Shown here in pieces: positions 1 to 10,900 of a stretch of 64,000 nt of DNA. The position numbers and the translations under genes were made by a program. This DNA comes from Cyanophora paradoxa CCMP329. Taxonomy: Eukaryota > Plantae > Glaucophyta. Position 1 is the first letter of the stretch. Each line of letters opens with the position of its first letter. The stretch is taken from NCBI GenBank assembly GCA_004431415.1, contig QPMI01000284.1, positions 224 through 64,223 of the forward strand, read 5' to 3'. The notes beneath the pieces are model-generated. The model was not told where the DNA came from, did no database searches, and saw nothing but the letters and a program-made list of their open reading frames with translations.

Positions 1-2779
1 CCATGGCGTGGCGCCTGCGCTCCTCCTCCTCGTGGCGCTGCTTCTCGAGGGCGAGGAGCTCGCGCTCGTGCTTCTTCTCCTCCTTGAAGCCCGTCGCGAA
101 GTTGGCGTGGTCGAAGCGCGGGGCGTCGCCCGCGGCCGCCGCCTCGGCCTCGGCCTCGGGCTCCTCGACGACGAAGATGTGCCGCCGCACCAGCTTCTCC
201 TCCGGCGGCCACGAGACGCGCTTCTTCCCCGACGAGCCCGCCCCGGAGGGCCCCGCCCCCGCCCCCGCCGCCGGTGGCCCCGAGTCGCCCAGGATGCGCT
301 GCAGCTGCTTGGCCTTCTTGACGTCGTCCACGCTGGTCGGCTGCTGGCGGGCGAGGCGCGCGGCCGCGGCCTTGGCGCGCGACTCCTCCAGCATCGGGTC
401 CGCCTCCAGGCCCACGACCCCCGGCCGCACCCGCTTCTTTTCCTCCCGCATTCGCACGTAGTCCGGCTTCAGCGAGGGGGGGCCGGCCTTGCGCGGGATG
501 CGCGCCGGCAGCGCCGCCTGCTTGCCCCCGAAGATGTCCGCGTCCTCCAGGCTCGCCGCCGCCGCCGCCGGCGCCGGCGCGGGCGCGGGGGCCGCCCGGG
601 GCCCCGGCGGGGGCCGGTGCGGGCGGCTTGGCGGTGCCCTTGGGGAGGGGAGGGGCCTCGCAGGGGCCCCCGCCGGGGACTCGTCGCCCTTGGGCGACGC
701 CGCCTCGTCCGTCTTCACGCGCTTCGCCGCCGCCTCTGCGCCACCCTCAGGCGTGCGAGTGCAGGGCACGGGGGCGGCCGCCCCGGCGCACCTTCGGGCC
801 CCGCGGGGTCGCCGGCAGCGGGAGCCGTGTCGATGGTGGGGCGCGGGCGCTTCTTGGGGTCGTCTTGGGAGGGGGCGGGCTTGGAGGCGGGGGTGGGGGA
901 GGTCTTGGGGGCGGGCGGGGCGGGGGCCGGGGGCGGGGCGGCGGCCACCATCTTCTTCCAGCTCTCCACCAGCGCCGCCGCCCGCGCGCTCACGTCTGCC
1001 CCCGCCCCCTCGCCCGTCGGCCCTCGGCCTGCGGGGCGGGGCGGGGCGGGGCGGGGGGGACCGGCGTCGGGGTGGGTCTTGAGGCGGTTGACGGCCTTGC
1101 CGACGTCGGAGGCCTGGAGGGCCTGCACGTCCACGGGGAGGTGCTGCAGCACCTTCATGAACGTCCGCAGCGTCAGCGTCCTGTTCTGCTGCTTCACCAC
1201 CTGCATCGCCCCGCTCACGCTCTTCAGGCCGCCCCGCCCCATGAAGCTGCCCCCGCCTCGTCAGCGGGCCAGGGCCGGGCGGGCGTGCGGGGGGCGGGCG
1301 GGGACGCACTGGCGGAGGAGGTGCGGGGCCTTGGTCTCGAGGAGGACCGTGGCGAGGAGCGAGAGGGTCTCCGACTTGACCCCGCTCGCCACCGCCCTCT
1401 CCAGCAGCGCCGCCAGCTGCTCCATCGACGCCACGCTCGCGATCCCGCCGCCCGGCGACAGGCCAAGCTTGGAGAGCCCCTCCTCTATCTCCTTCCCCTC
1501 CTTCGCGCCGGAGCCCGCGTCAGAGGCCGGCCCCGCGCCATCGCCCCCCGGCGCGCGCGTGCAGCTCCCGTTCGGACTTCGAGAGGCGCCCCTTCGCCCG
1601 CTTCCATTTCTTTCCCCCGACGACATCTCCTGCCCTACCCGCGCGCAGTGCACCTTCGCAGCAACGGCTTCTGCGGCTTCTGCAGCGGGAGTGAGCCGTG
1701 GAAGGGCGCAGGTGCGGCGCAAACAGAGGCGGACCGGCGTTCTCCTTCTTTTTCTTCCGGAGGGTGTTGTAGAAGTTGACGACCTGGTCGGTCCATCAGT
1801 CCTGGAGAGAAATCGACGAGTCAGAAGAGCGCTCACTAGGCTCTCCTCGATTCCAAGAGTCGATACAATTTCCCTGAGCTCCGCGGGCGACGGATTTTCA
1901 TTGAGTTGGAAGCTCTTCGTCAGCATTTCCTTTTGCTGGTTATTGAGCCGCGGCGTCGATTTGCGCGCTGCGCGAGGGCCTTTTGAGAGGACGGGCGGAT
2001 CGGAGGCAGGCGCCACGAGCGCACGGGCGGGCGCTGGCGGTGCGGGGGCTTGAGCCGGTCGCATGGGCATGGATTGCAGCGGGACGAGAGTCTGAGGCCC
2101 CGCATACGGTACGGCGCCGACCATGGGGTGATAAGGAACAGCGCCGGGGGCGGGACGATAAGGAACTGCGCCGGGGACGACGGGAACAGCCCCGGGAACA
2201 ACCGGAACGGCTCCAGGCACGGGTCCCGGGGGCGCTACGATCTGCGCACGTATAAGCTAAGACAAAGCATGAAAGAAACTAGCTGAAAGAAGGGCGCACA
2301 GTGACAGCGAGCGGGTCTTGTCCAGTCCGAAGTTTGTGCGTGTTGACGAGCTGGTGAAGCTCCTGGATTTGACCTTTGAAGATATCTTGCTGGCTCTCCA
2401 TCACGCGGCCCAGCACGATCTCCGGGGACTCTTCCGCTGCGGGTGCTTCATCTGCACTTCGGTCGCCATCGCCACTGTCAAGGAGCGGAGCATCGTCCAC
2501 CATCGGCACTGGATCGACGTCGTCTTCGCTTATACTGAACTCGCCCTCTGACTTCGGCGTCGTGCCCCCAGCCCCTAACAATTCAATGGGGGACTCGGCA
2601 GCCATCGGGGCAATGTCCACACTGTCAATGCTGCTGCTCAGGGGCGGCGGTCCCGAGCTAGACGCTGCGAGGTGGTCGAGGAACAACTGCTGTGGATCGT
2701 GATCCAGTTCGGCCATCGGCCGGTCTTGAGAGTCGCCATCAAGGATCGCCTGGGCGAAAGCATCGCCCGATTCCTCCAT
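1..2779 (-). CDS. LD: LUMINIDEPENDENS/PNUTS-like protein (atypical homeodomain + TFIIS N-terminal domain + PP1-docking RVxW); 3' end runs off window
   Basis: Spliced translation shows a homeodomain-like RKSTPRLNNQQKEMLTKSFQLNENPSPAELREIVSTLGIEESL|VVNFYNTLRKKKK, a TFIIS-N-like LTLRTFMKVLQHLPVDVQALQASDVGKAVNRLKTH...AALVESWKKM, PTSVDDVKKAK (cf. the plant LD xSADDIQKAK motif) and KKRVSWP (RVSW at 209-220). Confidence 0.75.
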
Positions 2780-3194
2780 CTCTACGACAAGAAGAAATCA
2801 GTTTCTCACGTTCATTCTCGCGCGGTCTAGTTCGCGCTGCTTCGGATGATTCATACCACTGGGCTTCCCTCGTCTTCGTTAAACGAGTTCGCGCATTCAA
2901 GCGCGTTTCGGTGAATCGCCCTGCCTCTCCCGCTTTACGCCAAACCGTGATAACCAGGTGGGGGAAGGACTCAGGCTGGGGTACAGCCACCACAAGGGTT
3001 CGAGTTGCGACTTGGCGTGTTGCGACTTGGCAATATGCAATATGCATGCCGCTGCGCCACGTGCAGCGCGCAGCTGTTCGTCTGGCCACTGGAGCTGGCT
3101 GCGCAAGGTTGAACCTGAGCGACCTGATAGACCCTACTCCTTGCAGAGCAGAGAGCGCACCTGAAGGCACCACCTCGCCTATCTTCGCCTCAGC

Positions 3195-4360
3195 ATGTCC
3201 GATGTCGGGAATTCGAAGAGCCTCGTCGTGGATCTAGACCAAGACCGCGCGACGCCAGAGAAGATACCGGTGCGAGTGGACGAGATTGAGAATCCGGACA
3301 GCGTCGTTGAAGTCGACCCTCGCGTGCGTCCGCGCTTGATGCCCTGCTCCCAAAGCCAAGCGCGCCTTCAGCGCATTCTGACAGAAGCACAGCTCTCGCC
3401 CAAATGGGAGCAGGCTATCGTGAAGCTTCGGTGGAGCTGCGCCCTTCTCTGGACATACGCAGTGTAAGTGCCGTTGCTGCGCTCAAGGCGGATCCTGCCT
3501 GATTAGAGTGGATGAAGGTTGAACTCGGCCCACGAAGAAGATTGGGCCTTGTACTTTATAATATTGGTGCCCCCTATACCTCTCCGCCGCCTCCGCTGCC
3601 GGGGTAGGCAGCTGACCATCACTCGGCGTCCGCCGGGGGCCGTGCAGCTGACGAACCTGAGCTGGATCTGGGTCTCCATCTACTGGCTGACCAGCGCCGT
3701 GTGCCAGGACGTCGGGCCCTGCCGCGCCTTCGTCAGGCGGCACAGGTGGGCCCGCAGGCTCCTCAACATCGCCTTCCAGGCACGCCCAGACGGCCCAGCC
3801 GCGGGCTCTGCCTGGCCCGCCGTTCGCGTCGCCCGCAGCGCGCGCTGAGCCGAGCCGATAGGTCTCGTGCACGAACGCGATCGTGGTGGACGTCCTCTAC
3901 TGGGCGCTTGTCTACAGGCCGGGCCAGCGCGTCAAGACCTTCACGATCATGGGGCACCTGCTGCAGCTCGTTCCCCTCGGGGTCGACTTCTGCACGACCT
4001 CCGCGCGCTACTCCTTCCTCGACGGCCTCCTCGTCGCTGCTCTGGACACCGGCTACCTGGGTCTCCTCCTCATCCACTACCGCATCGAGGTGCCCGCACC
4101 CGAGCTCCTTGAGATCTAGATCTCCCCCGCGCGGCGCCACGCTCAGGCTCACGCGCACCGGCCGCCTGCAGAACTACTGGGTGTACCCCTTCATGGCGAA
4201 GCTGACGGGGGCGAGGGTGCTGGTTTACGTCGCCATGATCGCCGGCGGCTACGGCGTCCACTGCATCCTCCTCCTCCTCCAGCGCCTCCTCGCCCGTCAC
4301 CGCGCCCGCCGCGCCGTCGACTTCTCAGCCCGCCCCGCGGTCGCCTCTGCCAACGTCTGA
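3195..4360 (+). CDS. FAR-17a/AIG1-like (ADTRP/rolling-stone-like) multi-pass membrane protein, copy 1
   Basis: Multi-exon; LTNLSWIWVSIYWL, VVDVLYWALVY, conserved His in TIMGHLL, and NYWVYPFM, typical of the AIG1/ADTRP family. Confidence 0.65.
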
Positions 4361-4624
4361 CTTGGTGAACCCGTCTGACCGCGTGCACATGCATCGTCGC
4401 ACCATGGCCATCCTGCGTGTCATGTGAACTTGTTTACGTATATACGCGCGTCTCAAGATCATGGTCAAGTTTGCCAGTACGAGTGGTAAATGTCGAGCAC
4501 GCGAGATAAATTAAACGATTTCGAGTTCGAGCGTGCGCGCGTGACGTCGACGTCGACTGCGCCGGCGCCATGAAAGTTGCCATCACGATATCGATATAGC
4601 TAAATTACACGCCGTGCGGCCGCG

Positions 4625-4800
4625 GCCGTGTACGTGAATCAAATGCGCCGCGGCCGGGCGCCGCGCCGTGCACGTGAATCGAATTCGAGGCCGTCGGCGC
4701 GGCGCGGGCGAACGCTCAGCGGCTTGCGAGTGCGGGTGCACGTGTACCCGGCCCTCTGACCGCCAACTCGCTCAATCCGATGATCGATCGGCTATATAGC
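4625..4800 (+). promoter_or_regulatory. Putative promoter of AIG1-like copy 2: duplicated G-box-like elements and TATA box
   Basis: GCCGTG(T/C)ACGTGAATC at 4625-4640 and 4665-4680, CACGTG at 4739, TATATA at 4793, ~155 nt before ATG 4954. Confidence 0.4.
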
Positions 4801-4953
4801 TAAGGCTGCAGTCTGCATTTATCGCCTGCGCGGAGCTGCTGCACCCGGTGGTCCAGCTGCCCCCTGCAGCACGACAGCCGGCGCCATTGCCGAAGCACGA
4901 CAGCCGGGCTAGTGCGGTGACCGCACTGCACCAGATCTAGAGTCTCTGAACAA

Positions 4954-6187
4954 ATGGCTGTGGCCTCTGATGTCGGAAAGAGCCTAGAGCTGCACGACCT
5001 CTCCAACCGTAACCGTGAGCGTGAGCCCGCGCGCGCTTGGCTTCTGCAGCTTACAGCCCAGCAGATCCGGAGAAAGGCGAACGCGGTATGGATCAAATGA
5101 GCCCTCCCGCCACGCCAGACAAGATATCGGCGCATGTGGACGAGGATTCGGACAGCGTCGTTGAGATCGACCCTCACGTGCGTCCCCGTGTGAAAGCCAA
5201 GCGCGCCTTCAGCGCATTCTGACAGAATTAACCGCAGCTTTCGCCCGTCTGGGAGCAGGTCATTGTGAGGCTGCGATGGAGCTGCTTTGTTCTCTTCACG
5301 TACGCGGTGTACGCGCTGCTGCTGCGCCCTCCCAGTCCCCTGGCGCCTAACGCATGCCGGCGCAGACTGACCTCTGCCCACGAAGAGGACTGGGATAGCT
5401 TTTTCCTGGCTTTCGTGCGCCCCACCGCTCCCCCGCCCCCCGCCGCCGGGGTAGGCAGCTGACCATCACTCGGCGTCCGCCGGGGGCCGTGCAGCTGACG
5501 AACCTGAGCTGGATCTGGGTCTCCATCTACTGGCTGACCAGCGCCGTGTGCCAGGACGTCGGGCCCTGCCGCGCCTTCGTCAGGCGGCACAGGTGGGCCC
5601 GCAGGCTCCTCAACATCGCCTTCCAGGCACGCCCAGACGGCCCAGCCGCGGGCTCTGCCTGGCCCGCCGTTCGCGTCGCCCGCAGCGCGCGCTGAGCCGA
5701 GCCGATAGGTCTCGTGCACGAACGCGATCGCCCTGGACATTCTGTACTGGGCGATGGTGTACACGCCGGGACAGTACGTCAAGACCTTCACGATCATGGC
5801 GCACCTGCTGCAGGTGCTGCCCCTCGGGTTGGACTTCTGCACGACCTCCGCGCGCTACTCCTTCCTCGACGGCCTCCTCGTCATCATCCTCGACATCGGT
5901 TACCTCGGCAGCGCCGCACTCGTCCACGTGGTTCAGGTGCGCCGCCCGCTTGGAGGCCCGGGGAGGCGGCAGCGCCGTTGACAGGCGGCCCGGCCGGCGG
6001 GCAGGAGCGCTGGGTCTACTCGTTTATGGCGAAGCTGACGGGGGCCCGCGTTCTCGTGTACGCCGCCATCCTCGCCGGCGTCTACGCCATACACTGCCTC
6101 CTCCTCCTCCTCCAGCGCCTCCTCGCCCGCCGCCGCGCCCGCCGCCCCGTCTCCGCCCGCTCCGCCCCCGGCCCTCGCGGCGTCTGA
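4954..6187 (+). CDS. FAR-17a/AIG1-like membrane protein, tandem copy 2
   Basis: Paralog of 3195-4360 with shared intron positions; MAVASDVGKSL start; ERWVYSFMAKLTGARVLVY. Confidence 0.65.
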
Positions 6188-6485
6188 CCCGGGTGCGGTG
6201 ACCATCGGACCACGGCTTTTGCCTCTCATATTTTAGATCCATTTAATTTGAATTTCCCTTTTAGTGCCCTCCGCTGGGCTTGTACGCGTAGCGCTATTTG
6301 TATTTAAATGTAGAGTCCGCAGTTCTTTTGCGTTCATTTGATTTCTCTGATCTCTCTAGCTACATTCTTCACGTGTTTTGCTGCAATTGATATTTCAAGC
6401 GGCATGTATGCCTAGAATACACCCTTCAAGCTTCGAGCGTCCACTCACAGGAGCGGGTTGCAGTTGAGGGCGGCGGCGGGGCGGC

Positions 6486-7891
6486 TCAGCGGCTGCTGCC
6501 GTCCGAGGCGACGAGCCAGCGGCCCGGGACGAGGGGCAGGGCGTCGACGTGGTGGGCGCGCAGGGCCGCCCAGTGCCCGGGGCGGCGCGAGGGGCGGAGG
6601 GCGAAGGGCGGGCCGGGGGCCGGCCCCTCCTCGAAGTCGTCCGGTGTGAGGCGCGTCACCTCGAGCGCCCGCACGCCCCGCCCGTACCCGTCCCCGTCCT
6701 CCTGCACGAACCGCACCACCCGCTCCCGCCCCCCCTCGCTCCACGAGAGCACCCGCCCCGCCGGCCGCCCGATGTCTTCCCCCGCCCCGTCAATGTCGGC
6801 CGTGCGCAAAGCCGCCTGGTCGGCGCCGGGCGGGCGCACCGCTGCGGAGCTGGTAGATGGGGCTCAGGCGGTGGGGCAGCCAGGGCCCCTCCAGGCGCTC
6901 GGAGTGGTAGAGCAGCGTGTCGTAGACGTGGCGGTGGTACGCGTGCTTGGACTGCGCCGGCGCGACACGCGTCGGCGGACGGGAGAGTACGGTATGCGGT
7001 GGCTGTCACAGTGTGGGTTGCGAAGGTACCCGGACGGCGACGAACATGAACCAGCGGGCGCCGTGGCGGACGACGCTGGCGTCGACGAAGGCCTCGCCGC
7101 GGAGGAGCACGGCGGCGAGCTCCCAGCGCTCCGGGAAGGCGGCGGCCCGGTACAGCCGCACCTCCCCGCGCTCGTACGTCTCCGGGATCATGTAGCGCGC
7201 CCCGTCCTCCCCCTCGAAGACGTACGGGTACGAGAGGTGGAAGGGCTCCCTGCACCGTCGTCAGGGCCGCCCGGTGGCGGGGGCGCGGGGGCTCGTGGGC
7301 ACTGGAGAACGACGCGGAGGGGGCCCCAGGAGGTGCCCCAGTCGCTCGAGTTGGAGACGGCGATGGCGCCGCGGCGGCGGCGGCCGTCCAGCACCTCCAC
7401 GAAGAGATGCAGCGCGCCCTCTGCGTCTGGCGAGGCCGCCAGGAACGGGTCTGCCACGAAGTGCGACGTGACCGCCCCGCCCTCCACCGGCGTCCGGCAG
7501 TCCAGCGTCTGCCGTCCAACTCAGTGACTTTCGTCCAAGCACTGGGTCGTACGCACGGGCTCAATCCAGTCAGGTGGCTGGCTCTGCGTTGGGTGCCCTG
7601 AGAAATAAACCGCCACCGCCCACGACTCCGCTCCCCCGCACTGTCGAGTGGGCAGGAGGAAGAGCGCGGCGAGGAGAAGCACGATCGCAGCGGTCGCGGC
7701 CGCGAGCTGACGCGCGATGAGCGGTCTTATAGATGGCCTGAAATGCCTAAAGCGCTTCTGCAGCCCCGTGTCCTTCCAGACGCGCCAGGCGGCGTCAAAC
7801 CAACTGACGGAATATGGGTTTCAATTAACTGGGCGTGAGGGTCGGGGGTAACGGCTCGATTTGCGCACATGTCCACGTGCATCGCGCGCAT
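6486..7891 (-). CDS. Type II membrane protein made of the GINT1 N-terminal beta-propeller-like domain only (no GT64 domain)
   Basis: TM AATAAIVLLLAALFLLP followed by CGGAESWAVAVYF, HFVADPFL, EPFHLSYPYVF, YMIPET, FVDASVVRHGARWFMF, RPAGRV, QEDGDGYG, AHHVDA, WLVASDG; start codon uncertain (7891 or 7882). Confidence 0.7.
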
Positions 7892-7980
7892 CCTTAATAT
7901 GCGCAACGGGAAGGCGTCGAAGGCCAGGCCCAGCCGCCCCGGGCCCAGGAAGCGAAGGGGGTAGGGCATTAGTCGACGCC

Positions 7981-10900
7981 ATGGCGCTCTCCGCCCTTCA
8001 GGCGGCCCTGTTTCGCTTCTTTGCGAATTTGGACACCAGTCGACGCAAGCGGCACTCGAACTCGTCGTCCTCTTTCAAGACGATCGTTGAGCGCGTCTCG
8101 CTGCTATTGCTGGCGCTGTCGTACGGCGGTCTTTGCGCTTATCTGTGAGTACAGAGCGCTATTCTTCCAATTTTACGGCTCTGATGGATGCGCAGGCCCA
8201 CCCTCAATGACCTAGGCGTCGACGCGCTCGGAGCGCAGGACCTCGTGCTGGGAACCCCGGCCTCCTCCACCGGCACCTGCGCATGGATATCGCTGTTTCT
8301 TGCCGGCCTCGCTGGCTTCTCCGTATCCTTTCGTACTGTGCGCGGGTTCCCGCAATCTCGCAGCCTGGAGCTGAGCGCGTGCGCTCCTGGCAGTCGGCGA
8401 CCGCGCAGCTCGACGAATCTTGGAATTTTGGAGATCAGAACCTCGCGCGACTCCTGCGGCTGCTTCAATTTCTCTTCGTGCCCGTCTTCTCTCGCCTCCT
8501 CCGTGCGGCGGCCGCGCTCGCGGGCCCCCTGTCGAACGACGCCGCTGGTTCCGGATTCGTACTCGAGCTGCTGCTATTCTTCGCTGCGTCCCTGCTGTTC
8601 CCCCTCGCCCGAATTGCCGCGGCCCTTTGCGTGTACGACTCCGATCCCCGTTCCCGCGCCTTCGATGCCGCGCCGTATTGGACGGGATCCGTTCTGCGAC
8701 CTGCATGGGAAACCGCCGTCGTCTGCATCGTCGTGCTCGCGCGGAGCGAGGGCGCCCGCCTCGCCCTCCTCGGCGCAGCGGGCTTCGCGGTCAGCGCCTT
8801 CACGATCGCAGAGCTCCCGCACACGTCCAAGGCGCGCTCTCTTCGTGTTGCATACCCCCACTCTTATTCCCCCGTACAGGCCGCCAACGAATCGACAGCC
8901 GCGGCGGGGGCTCTCGCGGCCGCCTCGGCGGCGCACGCGCTGGCGGCGGCGGGGAGCGCGGAGCTCCGTGCCGACCCGCGCTTCTCCCTCGGCTTCCTCG
9001 CGCTTGCCTCCGGGCTCTGCGGCGTGGCGGCTGGCCTCGTGGCCTTGCGCTGGCGCGGGCCGTGGCGCTGGAGGGGGGCGGAGGCCGACCCGCGCTCGGC
9101 GTGGGCCGTGGGGCTGCGGGCGCGGGCGCTGTTGGGCCCGTCGCCCACGCCGCAGGCGGTCGACAGGGCGGAGGCCATCTACAAGCTCGGCGTCTCCCGC
9201 TTCCCCCGCTCCTTCCCGCTGCGTATCGCCTACGCCGATTTCCTGCTCGGTGCAGCCCTCTTCACACGCGTTCCGCACCCGCCCCGCCCCGCACGCGTCT
9301 GCCTCACCCCCGCCAGCCTTTCGCGACCCGAGCCACATGATGATCCGTGAGCGCCGCGGCCCGCGCCGGCCGGCGCCGCTCTGCCGCGGCTGATCACGAC
9401 GGGGCGTAGAGCTGCGGAAGGCGGCCAAGCGGGTCTCGTTCTTCGGGGAGGGGTACCGCGTGTACGCGCTGAACAAGCAGCGGATCGCGCGCATCGAGGC
9501 GGCCCTCGGCGAGTCGTCCCTCTCGTTCCAGCAGGAGCTCCGCCTCGCCCAGGCGCCCCCTTCCCCTGAGCCCCCCGCCCCGCCCACCCGCCCCGCGCGA
9601 GGGCGGCGCGCAGGGGTACCACCGGGATGCGCTGGCGCGGCTGGTGACGTTCTGGAAGGCGTGCATGCGGCACGACCTCTCTACGGCGCTGCTCCTCCGC
9701 CTCTCTGCCGCGGTCGGCACCGCTCGTCAGCGCGCCGCCCTCGTCTACCGCCGCCTCCTCGTCCGCCCCACCCTGCCCGCCCCGCCCCGCCCCGCGCCCC
9801 AAGCCCGCCCGCCCGGTGCGATCGCACACTGGCGCAGGGCCGCTTCCCGGCGTCGCGGCGGCTGCTGCAGGCCTACTCGCAGTTCCTTCTCCACGTGCAC
9901 GTGAGCTTGTCGCGCCGCTCCACGCATCTGGAGTTCTCGCCTGATCTCGGATCGGAGCAGGTCGACATCGAGAAGGCTGAGCGCGTTGCCTTCGAGGCTC
10001 GCCTGCCCCCCGCGGCCCTTCGCGGCCTCCCCTCACGATCCCCACGTTCCCCGCAGGCGGAGCAGCTGGACGACAGCTGCTACGCCGCCCCCGCCGCCGG
10101 CCACGGCGCGCCCTACTCCGTCCCCGCCCAGAACGCCGCCGGCGCCCCCGCGGCGTCCGGAGCCCGCGGCTCTCGGCGGTCGGCCTCGCTGCCGCCGACC
10201 GAGGAGGCCGGCCCGCCAGCAACTGCAGCGAGTGCAGCCGGGCCGCGGCCAGCGGCGGCCTTCGCCGTGCCTCGACCGTGCCCGTCGGCCCCGGGGCCGG
10301 TGTGGGCGGGCGGGGCCGGCCGCCGGGGGCCGGCCAGGGCCCACGGCATCGGGCGCTCGACGCGCAGGCGTCATACACCACGGACTCGAACGACGGCCGC
10401 AGCGTGCAGCACCCCTCTTCCCTGTGCGTTCCACCATCCGCCCGCGCCGGCGCGGGCGGCCGGGCGGGCGAGCGGGGGCGGGCGCGGGGGCAGGTTCTCC
10501 GGGGAGCGGGCGGCGGGGGTGCCGGGGAGCGAGAGCTTCAACGCGCTGCTCAAGGAGGAGTCGGGCAAGGGCCGCGCCCGCCGCCTCATGCGCGACTTCC
10601 GCGACTCCCTCGCCGAGGCCTCCCGCAGGCCCGCCCCCCCGCCCCCGCCCGCCTCGCCCCGCCACATCCCCGCCCCGACGCCTCTCGCCCAGCGTCGCCG
10701 TCTTCCGGCTGATGCGGCGCGTCGTGCTGCTCCTCATCGCCGCCGCCGTCCTCGTCTGGGGCTACCGCTGCGCCGTCGCGGCGGCGGCCGACCTCTGCGC
10801 GAGCGACCTGCGCCTCGCCGCCGCCGCCTCGCGCCGGGGCCGCCTCGCGCAGGAGGCGACCCTCCGCGCGCGCGCCCTCCACGCAGCCGCCGCCCTCCCC

